This document shows positions 37,375 through 49,533 of a stretch of DNA of 60,000 bases, in pieces. This DNA is from Malacoraja senta (Eukaryota): NCBI GenBank assembly GCA_038087875.1, contig CM075987.1, positions 22,136,001-22,196,000 of the forward strand, written 5' to 3'. Each line of letters opens with the position of its first letter. Position 1 is the first letter of the stretch. The notes under the pieces were generated by a model. That model was given only the letters and a program-made list of their open reading frames with translations. It had not been told where the DNA came from and made no database searches. A program made the position numbers and the translations under genes.

Positions 37375-38128
37375 AAAGGTCAAAGGTCTTTTATTGTCAC
37401 ATGTACCAATTAAGGTACAGTGATATGCGAATTACCATACAGCCATACGGAAAAAAAGCAACAAGACACAAAACTACATAAAAGTTAACATAAACATCCA
37501 CCACAGCGGATTCCCCACATTCCTCACTGTGATGGAAGACAAAAAAAGTCCAATCTTCTTCCTCTTTATTTTCCCGCGGTCGGGGCCGTCGGACCATCCG
37601 CCAGGGCAATCGAAGCTCCCGCAGCTGGCGGTCGAAGCCCCAGCGTCGGGGCGATCGAAATGCCCGAGTTGGGGCGATAAAAACTCCCACGTCGGGGCGG
37701 TCGAAACTTCCGCGGCTTGGAGATCCCGAAGTCAGTCTCTGACCAGAGACTGCGGGTTCCATGATGTTAAGTCCGCAAGCACCCACGGTTGGAGCTCCGA
37801 GCTCGATCCCCGGCAAAGGGGTCGCGAGCTCCACAATGTTAAAGTCCCGTAGGAACCCGCGGTGGAGCTCTCGAAATTGGTTTCCACGAAAGGCCGCCAA
37901 CTCCTCGATGTTAGGCCACAGTGCGGACGGATATACGAAACGGGAAAAAAATCGCATCTCCATCGAGATAAGAGGTTAGAAAAAGTTTCCCCCAGCTCTC
38001 CGCCCCCCCCCCCAACATAAAACAAGCTAAAGAACACTAAAAACATACATTTAATACATACTGTTAAAACACAATGAAGGAAAGGACAGACAGACTTTTG
38101 GCGAGGCAGCCATTGCTGGCACCACCCA
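37375..38128 (-). mobile_element. Non-coding CpG-rich retroposon with Rex1-like tail, related to 15198-16022
   Basis: Minus-strand gtgacaataaaa(gacctt)n tail. Shared cctcactgtgatggaag block and ggcgag...gcc 5' motif. Internal gtcggggc-type repeats. Confidence 0.75.
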
Positions 38129-38163
38129 TCTTCAGCCAGGAGAACCAAACAATTAATCTATCT

Positions 38164-38471
38164 CTAGTTTAATTTAGAGATATAGCGTGGAAACAGGTCC
38201 TTCAGCCCACCAAGACCGCACTGTCCACGATTCCTATACACTAACACTATCCTAAAAACTAAGGACAATTTACAATCTTTACCAAAGCCAATTAACCTAC
38301 AAACCTGTACGACTTTGGAGTATTGGAGGAAACCGGAGCACCCGGGGAAAACCCATGCGGTCACGGGGAGAATGTACAAACTCCGTACAGACAGCATCCG
38401 TAATCAAGATTGAACTTGGGTCTCTGGCGCTGTAAGGCAGCAACTCTACCGCTGCGCCATCGTGCTGCCCC
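38164..38471 (-). mobile_element. tRNA-derived V-SINE (HE1-like)
   Basis: Reverse complement of the 3364-3676 element, with A/B boxes and (TAAAC)-type tail. Confidence 0.9.
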
Positions 38472-38627
38472 TTCCTTATAAGATCCCTAACTCCAGTGAA
38501 GAACAGACTCTAGCAACTTTGAACTAATTGACATATAGCATGGATGATAGTGAGTAATTAAACCACTATTGGGAAGAGAAGGTTGCAAGAACATCTCTAT
38601 TCTTAGTGATAGCAAGGCCCAGCAAGT

Positions 38628-38952
38628 CGAATGAATGAATAAGTTTATTGGCAAAGTATGTACACATACAAGGAATTTGCCTTGGTGCTCCGCTCGCAAG
38701 TAACAACACGACATATAATAACAATTAAGAATGACACATAAAACATTAAACATTAATAATAAAACATTACAGTTTATACATGTGAATGAAAAAAAATTCC
38801 AGAGCAAAACGAGGCTACAGACTTTTGGTTATTGAGTAGAGCTACTACTCATGGAAAAAAGCTGTTTTTATGTCTGGCTGTGGTGGCTTTGACAGTCCGG
38901 AGTCGCCTTCCAGAGGGAAGTGCTTCAAAGAGTTTGTGGCCAGGATGAGAGG
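38628..38952 (-). mobile_element. Rex1-type LINE 3' end
   Basis: (TTCA)n tail with caataaac. Minus strand reads HPGHKLFEALPSGRRLRTVKATTARHKNSFFP-like. Confidence 0.75.
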
Positions 38953-40302
38953 CCGCTCATACAGAAAACCAGGCTTAAGCATTCACCACCGTTCAGCCAG
39001 AAGTACCTATGGATGATCTATCTCTGCTTCTCCTGAGATCCCCACCACCACAGAAACCAGTCATCTGACAATTTGACATGAAAGGATAATTCCACATGAC
39101 ACCAGAAAATGGCAAAGAGTGCTGGATAAAGCAAAGGCTATGGGACTGGACATTCAGTGTGGCGGTGACACAAGGGACTGCAGGCATACTCAAGATTTGC
39201 TGTTTGGAAATAGTTGTGCCTCTAAGGAAGTTGTTACTCTACCTGACATCTACCAGCAATATGTAAAATTGTCCAGGTATGTCCATTGCAGAAAAAATAG
39301 ATTAAATCAAGGTGGCTGATAACCACCTAATCAGTTCATTTTCAATTAACTGAAGTTGTGGAAAGTGTCATTTACATTGCTATCAAATGGCATTTATTCG
39401 CTGTAAACTTGCTGACAGATTGGACCACTCAGCTGCAGAACTCAAACATGGACTAAGAAATTGAATCCCAGATTTGAGATAAAGGTGACTGCCCAGTAAC
39501 ATTTGACCAATACCTTGCACAAAATAAGATGTTTTGGGTTGTGGAGGACAATCAACTCAGTCGCAGGACATTGCTGCAGGAGTTCCTCAAAGAAGTGTCC
39601 TTGGTCCGTCAGATGTTTTACCAGTGACCTTCCTTTTATTAAAAGGTTTGAAGTGAGAATGATTGCAGCTGGTACAAAGTTGAATTCTATTTGCAACTCC
39701 TTAGCAAAGAAAATGTCAAAGATATGGACAACATTCATGCATGGACAGATAAGGAGCATGTAACATTTGCATCACAATAGTGCCAGACAATGCCTCTCCT
39801 CAACAAGATTACCATTCCATAGCACAGACTCCCATTATCAACATTCTGGCAGTATTCATGACTAGAGAAATCTCTGACATTTTCTTGACCAGTAATTCAA
39901 CTCGATCAGCCTCATGAACACTGGCTGCACGAGCAGGTCAGTGGCTGGGAATCCTGCAATGAGTGACTCGCCTACTGGCACTCCATAGCCTTTCCAGTCT
40001 CTGCAATACACAAGCAGAAATGTAATCCAATACTCTCCATTTACCTGGATGAGGTGTAGGTTAAACAACATTCAGCGACCACTACACCATCTACGACAAA
40101 GCAATCTTGATTGGCATTCCGTTTCAGGGACAGTTAGGAATGAGCAATAAAAGCCGTTGATGCTCATATCCTATTAAATGAACAAATACCAAACGTGTTT
40201 GCGAGTGCATGATGGAACAAAGACTATGAGACTATGTAACATTCGGGCAGTAATCCTGAATAATTGCACTACAGAATGACCTAGATCTCTAAACAAGTTG
40301 TT

Positions 40303-40428
40303 AAAGAAGGAACTGCAGATGCTGGAAAATCGAAGGTACACAAAAATGCTGGAGAAACTCAGCGGGTGCAGCAGCATCTATGGAGCGAAGGAAATAGGCA
40401 ACGTTTCGGGCTGAAACCCTTCTTCAGT
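40303..40428 (-). mobile_element. ~126-bp PLE-terminus mini-element with hammerhead-like core and 17-bp TSD
   Basis: TSD TCTCTAAACAAGTTGTT at 40286-40302 and 40429-40445. Minus strand starts aCTGAAGAAGGGTTTCAGCCCGAAACGTT. Confidence 0.85.
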
Positions 40429-40661
40429 TCTCTAAACAAGTTGTTCCTTTCGTTACATTTATGCATCTACCTGATGATGTAGAAATATGCATGACTGTTT
40501 TATCCACTAAAGGCATCACATAGAGATCACACGGTTAAGGTAACACGTTGGTATTTGAGCTGGTTGCTTTGAGTGATTTCAAGTGATTTGAGTGATTTGG
40601 AGCCTTCGACATCATGTTTTGTCCAAATGGTTAATTATATCATCATTAGGTTACTGCAATC

Positions 40662-40975
40662 TTTCAGGCATAAGCTCAGGTGCGACCGAGCTTTTGCGGT
40701 TGCAGCACCTAGACTATGGAACAGCATCCCTCTTCCCATCAGCACTGCCCCCTCCATCAACTCTTTTAAGTCTAGATTTAAAACTTATTTTTACTCACAA
40801 GCATTTCTCGAGGTCCTCTGAGGGAGCGCTGTATGTATGTATTTATGTATGTATTGTTGATCTATATACCACTGTTTGTAGAACGTTAGTACCTGCACTG
40901 ATGTAAAGCACTTTGGTGAATGAGAGTTGTTTTTAAATGTGCTATAGAAATACAATTGACTTGACTTGACTTTGA
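40662..40975 (+). mobile_element. L2-type LINE 3' end
   Basis: DRAFAVAAPRLWNSIPL.I..A.SINSFKSR.KTYF, then tgtaaagcactttg...aatgtgctatagaaa and (TTGAC)n tail. Confidence 0.85.
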
Positions 40976-41572
40976 CAAGGTTGGGGAAGATGTTTTTGAA
41001 AGTGTAACAGCACTTACTAATAACCTGTTCATTACTACACTGTTTAGGTTCTGCCAAGGCTACATACGTAGTTCCAGACTTCATCATAGCCTCAGTGCAA
41101 CATGAACAAAACAGCTGAATTCCAGAGCAAGGAGAGAGTGATGCAGTTGATATCAAGACAGTGTTTGGCCAAATGTGGTACCAAGGAGCAGCGATGAAAC
41201 CGAAATCAACGGGAATGGAAGGTGAACATGCACACTGTCTGGAGATATTTCTTGCACAATAGAACCTAGTTGCAAGACATGTGTGCAGTGTGAGTCATCA
41301 CATAGAGATAACACAGTTAAGGTAACCTCCACTTCTGTATTTGAGCTGGTTGCTTTGAGTGTAAGATCAAATGATTTAGACATCATGCTTTTGTCGTTAA
41401 GTCAGCATTATCTGGCCAGTAGTGAATTTTAATAGAAAGTTCCAAGCGTTAGGTTGTAATGAAGGTAGGAGGGAGACTAAGAGATGCACACTTAGATCGA
41501 TTGCAGCTTGTAGTCAGTGGACACTGTGGATTGAAGAGAGAGTGGAATGTGAGAAGAAGGGCACCATTGTCT

Positions 41573-41697
41573 GAAGAAGGGTCTAAACCCGAAATATCAC
41601 CCATTCCTTCTCTCCAGAGTTGCTGCCTGTCCCGCTGAGTTACTCCAGCATTTTGTGTCTATCTTCGGTGCAAACCAGCATCTGCAGTTCCTTCTTA
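41573..41697 (+). mobile_element. ~125-bp PLE-terminus mini-element with 11-bp TSD
   Basis: TSD CACCATTGTCT at 41562-41572 and 41698-41708. Begins (ct)GAAGAAGGGTCTAAACCCGAAAT. Confidence 0.85.
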
Positions 41698-41725
41698 CAC
41701 CATTGTCTTCATTGATATCACTCAT

Positions 41726-42546
41726 GTAGAAGTGAGATCGACGGTCTGACCAAATGGTGCCAGCACAACAACCTGGCTCTCAACATCAGTAAGACCAAGG
41801 AACTGATTGTGGACTTTGGTAGGGGAAGGATGAGGACCCACAATTCTGTTTATATCAACGGGACAAAGGTCAATAACTTCAAATTCCTGGGCGTGCATAT
41901 ATCAGAAGATCTTTCCTGGACCCAGCACACCGATGCAATTGTAAAGAAGGCACATCGGCGACTCTACTTCCTGAGAAGATTACGGAGATTCAGCATGTCG
42001 AAAAGGATTCTCCTAAACTTCTACAGGTGCACGGTAGAGAGCATTCTGTCTGGTTGCATCGTGGCCTGGTTCAGCAACTTGAACGTCCAGGAGCGAAAAA
42101 GACTACAAAAAGTTGTGACCACTGCCCAGTCCATCACTGGCTTTGACCTCCCCACTGTCAAAGGGATCTATCGTAGTCGCTGCCTCAAAAAGGCAGCCAA
42201 AACAATCAAGGACCCACACCATCCTGGCCACACACTCATCTCACCACTGCCATCAGGAAGAAGGTACAGGAGCCTGAAAACTAACGTCCAGGTTCAGGAA
42301 AAGCTGCTTCCCCACAGCCATCAGGCTATAAAACACAACAAATAAGCTATGAACTCTGATATGCAAAAGACTACATTATTATTTGTTATTTGCACTATAT
42401 TTGTTATTTATTGAACTTTTTTTTTTTTTTTTTCCGTTATGCACATTGTTTACATATTCACATATTCTGTTGTGCTGCAGCAAGTAAGAATTTCATTGTC
42501 CCGCCCGGGACATATGACAATAAAACACTCGACTCTTGACTCTTGT
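41726..42546 (+). mobile_element. 5'-truncated Rex1/Babar LINE
   Basis: KTKELIVDFG...FKFLGVHISEDLSW...RLYFLRRL...FYRCTVESIL...LPSGRRYRS and gacaataaa (ACTCTTG)n tail. Confidence 0.92.
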
Positions 42547-42839
42547 TCTCTGTGCTGCAATTGGCTATAGGCAATTGACCATTCCACTTTCAGGTTTAGT
42601 TGCTGCTGTCATCATACTTGTTCTTATTGCCTTGCTACTATCATTGGTTAGAATACCAGCATATCAGCAATACAGAGGGAAACGTGTCAATGATTGTCAT
42701 CCAGATGTGTATGGATGGTTGAGCTAAATGTGTATTGGTGACTCATCGAAATTTGTTGACATCGTTGAATAGCTGTCAGTCTACGAAAGATGACTGTGAG
42801 GCATGCAATGTATGTAAGGGTGTGATGGGTCATTTAAAT

Positions 42840-44016
42840 CAGTGCTTCTTAAACTATTTCAGTGTCATTCACCCTTGAGTCTTTATCACAAAATGTCATT
42901 CACCCGCGACTACATTTTCTTTTGTTTTTTGTTAATTTTCGTCTTATTCTCACTTGTGTATAATTTTATGTATGTTATTTTGTCACATGAACAGAAAAAA
43001 TAAATTAACTCATTTCTTAAGTGTTTATTTTATTCAACTTTTTGAACATCCTAAGAATATGTGAAGAAAATTAGGAGTGAAAAAAAAAGTTTAATTACTA
43101 CTGCAGTTGGAAAATCATTCTACCAGAATGATAAAAAACCATTCAAAATCAGAATCAGAATCACACTTTATTCGCCAAGTATGTTTTGCAACATACGAGG
43201 AATTTCCAACGTCTAAACTCGGCTTCAGCCCCATCCTACCCTTTCGGGCTTTGATCAGTTTTTTTCTTGGAAAATTGGCTCCAAAAAACATGGCGAATGT
43301 GATTTAATATATTAGTATCCAACTAATAGACTGGATAAAGACTGGATAGACTCGGTTTGTACTCGCTAGAATTTAGAAGATTGAGGGGGGATCTTATAGA
43401 AACATACAAAATTCTTAAGGGGTTGGACAGGCTAGATGCAGGAAGATTGTTCCCGATGTTGGGGAAGTCCAGAACAAGGGGTCACAGTTTAAGGATAAGG
43501 GGGAAATCTTTTAGGACCGAGATGAGGAAAACATTTTTCACACAGAGAGTGGTGAATCTGTGGAATTCTCTGTCACAGAAGGTAGTTGAGGCCAGTTCAT
43601 TGGCTATATTTAAGAGGGAGTTAGATGTGGCCCTTGTGGCTAAAGGGATCAGGGGGTATGGAGAGAAAGCAGGTACGGGATACTGAGTTGGATGATCAAC
43701 CATGATCATATTGAATGGCGGTGCAGGCTCGAAGGGCCGAATGGCCTACTCCTGCACCTATTTTCTATGTTTCTATGTTTCTATGTTTCTAATATAACTT
43801 TCTATAACTCTCCCCGACGAAAGCTCACAATACCACCAAATATCAACTTTGGGAGCTAAATCGCTACACAAAGTATTTGTTTTAAGTATAGAACAAAATA
43901 TATAAATATCTGAATAAATTAAGTCATTCGCCCTTAATTCACCCCTAGGGTTTCATTCACCCCAAAATAATTTCATTCGCCCTAGGGTGAACCATTCACC
44001 AGTTTAAGAAGCACTG
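42840..44016. mobile_element. Non-autonomous hAT (Charlie-like) DNA transposon with nested insertions
   Basis: 16-bp TIR CAGTGCTTCTTAAACT (42840-42855) / AGTTTAAGAAGCACTG (44001-44016). 8-bp TSD ATTTAAAT/GTTTAAAT (7/8 match). Repeated subterminal CATTCACCC/CATTCGCCC motifs at both ends. Confidence 0.85.
43329..43790 (+). mobile_element. CR1/HER1-type LINE 3' fragment inside the hAT element
   Basis: YSLEFRRLRGDLIETYKILKGLD...KAGTGY and (TTTCTATG)n tail; near-identical to the 16750-17190 copy. Confidence 0.93.
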
Positions 44017-44859
44017 GTTTAAATTATAGTCTTAATGGGGGAGGTCCAGATGATGAGGGGTGTATTGTGCAGTGGGGAAGGAATTCACCCCATCCTCCTC
44101 TCCCTTTATCTTGCAGAAACTGTTGCAACTCAGACTAGATTCACACGTTCCTCCACTCCTCATTCGCACCATGTTGACCAATCCCAAGATGCTAGTGAGC
44201 AACCACTCATTCCGATAACTTGTGAGGTGATTAATTACATAGAACAGTACAGCACGTGCTTGAAGCCCTTGGAGGAATTTTGGAATAAATGTTGACAGGA
44301 ATCTTGATTTAAGTTGTCATCATGTCCTAGAAAGTTTTTCAATGTTTTTCAAAGTCCTCTTCAAACCTCCAGCTGCAAAATGGTGTTTGGCCAACTTAAT
44401 GAGTGCTAATATCAAACAACTCCAAATCATTATCAGGGCAGTCCTTTTGAATGCAAATTTAAACTCTGTTAAAATTGGGTATTATATTAAAACTGGGCTA
44501 AGCTGGTGTTTACATTTAAGGTCCCATCCTAGACATGTCAGTACCTCTTTAACACATGGAGTTTAACAGCATGGACACTGGCTCAGCCCACTGAGTCTGA
44601 GTCAAGCATTCAGTTATACTAATCCACTTTATTCACCACATTTTCATTAACTTCCCCGATTATTTTATTATCACTATGTTCACCGACACTTGAGGGGAAA
44701 TTTGTACTATCTGGTTAACCTCCCAGCCTAAAATAAGTTAGAAAAATAGTCGCTAGTCTTTATTAACCATTATGGCAATATTAGCTAACTAATTGAAACA
44801 TAAACAGATTGGTTCTACCTTTAATCCACATTTGTAATGAGGCAATTTCTGTCTTGCAG

Positions 44860-44920
44860 CTGAAATCATTCTTCCTAGGCTACAGAAGAGTTATGTTGGC
44901 TATGGTTTCCTATTTACAAG
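44860..44920 (+). CDS. Weak candidate exon (61 bp)
   Basis: Acceptor tttctgtcttgcAG and donor AAG|GTATTC. Two open frames: (A)EIILPRLQKSYVGYGFLFT or LKSFFLGYRRVMLAMVSYLQ. Confidence 0.3.
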
Positions 44921-45334
44921 GTATTCTAATGACTTGCTGGAAACTACTTGTGGATGACTGATGCACCGTAACACATTGCACAAATGAATACTTGCCCATT
45001 CTTTGTGTTTAGGTTCACATTTATCAGGGTACCTTATCAGGATACGTTTGATCATTATTGGCATGTTGAAATTCTATTCCAGGGAGGGCCAGAAGCTGAG
45101 GCAATTGGCTGCATTTTAAATTGGCTGCGTTATATTACTACAATTTTAATAACTTTTATCATTTGGACTTTCTTAATATATAGATTATACAATAAAACAA
45201 TAATTATTATTTGGCGGTGAGAGTGACACAATGATTATATTGCTTTTCAATTGATTTTCATACACTACCTCTCTTAAAAAGTACTTTTCTACTTTTCACT
45301 TGTAAACTAATTGTTTACTTTTTAATTCTATATC

Positions 45335-46549
45335 CCAAACCCACTGACTCCCACAATTATCTCGACAACACTTCTTCCCACCCTGCTTCCTGCAAAGACT
45401 CTATCCCCGACTCCCAAATCCTCCGTCTACACCGCATCTGCGCCCATGATGAGGTGTTCCATACCAGAACATCCGAGATGTCCTCATTCTTATAGGGAAC
45501 GGGGTTCCCCTCTCCCATCATAAATGAGGCCCTCACTCATGTCTCCTCGGTACCCCGCAGTTCCGCCTGTGCTTCCCCCTCCCCCCAGTCGCAACAGAGA
45601 CAGAATCGCCCTAGTCCTTACCTTCCACCCCATCAGCTGTCGCATACAACACATAATCCTCCGAAATATCCGCCACCTCCAACAGGATCCCACCACTAAC
45701 CACATTTTCCCATCTCCACCCCTTTCCGCCTTCCGCAGAGACTGTTCCCTCTGCAACGCCCTGGTTAACTCATCCCTTCCCACCCAAACCACCCTCTCCC
45801 TAGGTACCTTCCCCTGCAACCACAGAAGATGCAACACCTGACGCTGTACCACCTCCCTCGACTCTGTCCAGGGACCCCGACGGTCCTTTCAGGTTAGGCA
45901 GAGGTTCACTTGCACCTCCTCCAACCTCATCTACTGTATCCATTGATGTATCCGTTCAAGATGTGGACTCATACATCAGCGAGATCAAATGCAGACTGGG
46001 CGATCGTTTCGCGGAACACCTTCGCTCAGTCTGTGTGAACCAACCTGATCTCCTGGTTGCTGGACACTTTAATTCTCCTTCCCATTCCTTCATTACCCAC
46101 GTTTCTGTCCTTGTTCTCCTCTTTTGTCAGAGTGAGGCGAAATGCAAATTGGAGGAACAGCATCTTATATTTCGCTTGGGCAGCATACCAGTGGTATGAA
46201 TATTGATTTATCTCACTTCAGGTAGCCCCAGCATTCTCTCTCTCTCTGTCCCTCCCCCACCCAAGTCACACTAGCTTCTCATTTTCATCCTGCAAACAGC
46301 TTACAATGGCCTGTTTACTTTATTATCGTTACTTTTTTGCATATCTTTCATTCATTGTTCTTTATCTCTCCACATCACCGTCTGCAGTATATCTCTCGTT
46401 TCTCTTGTCCCTAACCAGTCTGAAGAAGGTCCTGACCCAAAACCTCACCCATTCCTTCTCCCCAGAGATGTTGCCTGTCCTGCTGAGTTACTCCAGCTTT
46501 TTGCGTCTATCTTCGATTTAAACCAGCATCTGCAGTTCCTTCTTTCACA
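45335..46549 (+). mobile_element. 5'-truncated Neptune-type PLE (RT C-terminus, GIY-YIG region, terminal repeat)
   Basis: KPTDSHNYL, LVLTFHP, GTFPCNHRRCNTC linker, FTCTSSNLIYCI, RLGDRFAEHLRSV, EEQHLIFRLG. Terminal ctgaagaagg...ccagcatctgcagttcc. Confidence 0.9.
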
Positions 46550-47194
46550 TTATATTATATCTTATCGGTCTAATTCCCCTTGCTTTGTGAAATTCAACAA
46601 ATATAGAGTATATATTATATGTATCGAAATCTGTTCCAACATTAGCTCTTGTTGTAGTTCATCAGTTGGTGCAGGAAGTATAGATCCAAACTATAAGATT
46701 ACATACAATGTTTAGACCATTCAGCTCATTGAATCAACGTTCGTTACATCTATGTGGAAACTACTGTTTACGATATCTATCCTCTAGTTTAATCTTCTCC
46801 GAGGGAGGGCCATGTGTAGATAGTCACTAATCCTCCTCAAAGTTAATCAACCGAATTCCAGAATATTAATTCATCTTTCCATCCTGTTGTTCACAAAGTA
46901 AGTTTCAAAATGATTTTCCTTACTTCTACTTTGGCAGTGCTAGTCTCGCGTCTGTTTTGTTTGTGCACAACTCAGCTGAGATAGATCATTCATTGCACAG
47001 GCTGAACAGGTTAATATATCAGAAATTATTATATTTGCTATACATGGTAAAAGTACATGTTGCAAAATGTTTGAGAAAAAAATCCTTTAATCCAGATATG
47101 GTAAAATATTTGTATCATATGTTTGTTTATAACCCTCTTCATTCCATGGCAGAGCATATTAAAACATTACTGGTTGCAACAGTTGGAAATTAAA

Positions 47195-47322
47195 AAAGAA
47201 GGGTTTCACCCCGAAAGGTCACCCATTCCTTCTCTCCAGAGATGCTGCCTGACCCGCTGAGTTACTCTAGCTTTATGTGTCTATCTTTGGTTTAAACCAG
47301 CATTTGCAGTTCATTCCTACAC
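47195..47322 (+). mobile_element. PLE-terminus mini-element
   Basis: aagaagggtttcaccccgaaaggtcacccattcc...gcagttcattcctacac. Confidence 0.8.
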
Positions 47323-47514
47323 GTTTAGTGCAACAATATCTATAGTATGAGTGATACATGATGGAACTGTTTTAAAGCAAATTACGGTAAATACCAAAAT
47401 CAGACTGGCATAATAATGCCTATGTTATCCTCGAGTCAAAATTTATCAAAGAAGACCAGCTCCGTTGGATATTATGGGAAAATGTGTGTTGAGATTGTAA
47501 CATAGTTAGCTCAA

Positions 47515-47720
47515 AAACACCCACAAAGGAATGGAGTAAATCAGCAGGTCGGGCAATGTCTGTGGAGCACATAGACAGGCAATGTTTTGGGTCAGGACCC
47601 TGCTTCAGACTCTGAAGAAGGGTCCCGATCCAAAATGTTGCCTGTCCATATTCTCCAGAGATGCTTCGTGGCCCACTGAGTTACTCCAGCACATTGTGTC
47701 TACTTTTGTAAACCAGCATC
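47515..47720. mobile_element. Head-to-head (palindromic) pair of PLE-terminus elements
   Basis: Inverted arms meet at ...gcttcag-act-ctgaagaag... (~47603-47620). Confidence 0.75.
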
Positions 47721-48078
47721 TGCAGTTCCTTGTTTCTACATGCAATCAGCTCAAGTCTGTTCAACATGGTACAAGCCACATACAAGATGCCTGTAGATGC
47801 TGCCTATCGATGATCTATGATTTCAGCAATCAGTTATTGATTGGACCACAAGAAATAAGGCAAAGTTGTGAGCACTCAGCATCAATTCAAGATATCTTAC
47901 CCTAATTAAATCCAACCTTCACCTTGTAAAACGATACAGTGGTGGAAATAGCGGGACACAAATGAGAGCAGGTGTAGAAAGTCTTCTAGGCACAAAATGA
48001 AATAGCTGTGGACCTCAAATAAGGAATGTAACCTGGAGGCACTGCTATAAAATGTTCAATGATTTCAGCTGCCCAGGC

Positions 48079-48309
48079 GAATCTCTGGAATTCTCTGCCA
48101 CAGAATGTAGTTGAGGCCAGTTCATTGGCTATATTTAAGAGGGAGTTAGATGTGGCCCTTGTGGCTAAAGGGATCAGGGGGTATGGAGAGAAAGCAGGTA
48201 CAGGATACTGAGTTGGATGATCAGCCATGATCATATTGAATGGCGGTGCAGGCTCGAAGGGCCGAATGGCCTACTCCTGCACCTATTTTCTATGTTTCTA
48301 TGTTTCTAT
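48079..48309 (+). mobile_element. CR1/HER1-type LINE 3' end
   Basis: gaatctctggaattctctgccacag...gggccgaatggcctactcctgcacc and (TTTCTATG)n. Confidence 0.92.
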
Positions 48310-49533
48310 GGACAAAGTTAGTAAACACATCCTGAAATGCCCTATCCCACCAACTGAACCAGGGCCATACACACCTTTGTGGAAAAATAAAATAAAGGTT
48401 ATGGGACCAGGCAAAATCCCAGCTATTATCTTGAAAATGTTCAAAAATTAGCCACACATCTACAACACTGCCACCCACGCAATGATGTATAACATTGTCT
48501 ATCCACATCTGGTCAGTAGAGACAGAATATATCATAACTGAGTCATGCACCATCAAGATCCTGGGCTTCACTGTTCATCATACAGTGACCCTGCTGCAAA
48601 ATTTTGTGGCTACAAGAGCAGCAGAAGTTGGTTATACTGTGGCAAGTAGCTGATCTCTTGACTTCCCAAGTCCCTTCTGTAGATTCATAGATAATTGCAA
48701 TACAGAGGAAGATTATATGCTTCATCTTTTCTTGCAACTTAAAAGGGGAGCTATTTAAATTACTTGTATTTCCCATGTCTTGGATAGTAACTTTATAGGC
48801 CATGGGCATTCAAGTGCTCTCCAGAGTGTTCATGGTTGATGTAGTCAGGGTGGGGAAGAGATAAATTTAAGGAAAAATTGAATTTTTTTTTTAGCTCTCA
48901 ATAAATACTTCTGCAAGAGTTTATTTATGGAACCATAAACAATGATTATTCCTGCTTCTCTGTCTTCATATGATGATAATCTGCAAGCCTGATCATGTTA
49001 CCTGTATCTACAAACAATATAAAGAACTGAATCCATTATCCCATAGAGATTGTTCCAGTTTAATAATGGATCATTGACCGGAAATGTTAATACTCTTTGT
49101 CTCTCCATAGCTTGCTGCCACATCTACTGACTAGTTCCAGTGCTTTCTGTTTTTAATTCATGTAGTTACCCTAATACTGAAGGCTTGCATTAGGTGTGCG
49201 TAACGTTTTTCAGACGAGGCTTAGTCACTGCTAACATGTTTGCCTGTAATACAAAGGTTAGTGGGTTTGAGTTCTAATCAATACATTTCTGGTGAATGAA
49301 GTCAAGAATTCTATTGACCTAAATTCGATAATCCCTGAAAACGAGAGTAGGGGTCACAATATGTAGTATTGTGTATGAGCATGAGTCTGCGCGGTAGATA
49401 GTATGATGCAGGTACAATCATAATGTTTAAGAGACATTTGGACTGGATTCCAAGGGCGATGCCAACTAATGTATCAGTATTTGGGAACAGCCATTTTTTT
49501 TGCCAAAGCGTGACTTACTTGAGAGCCTCGCAT

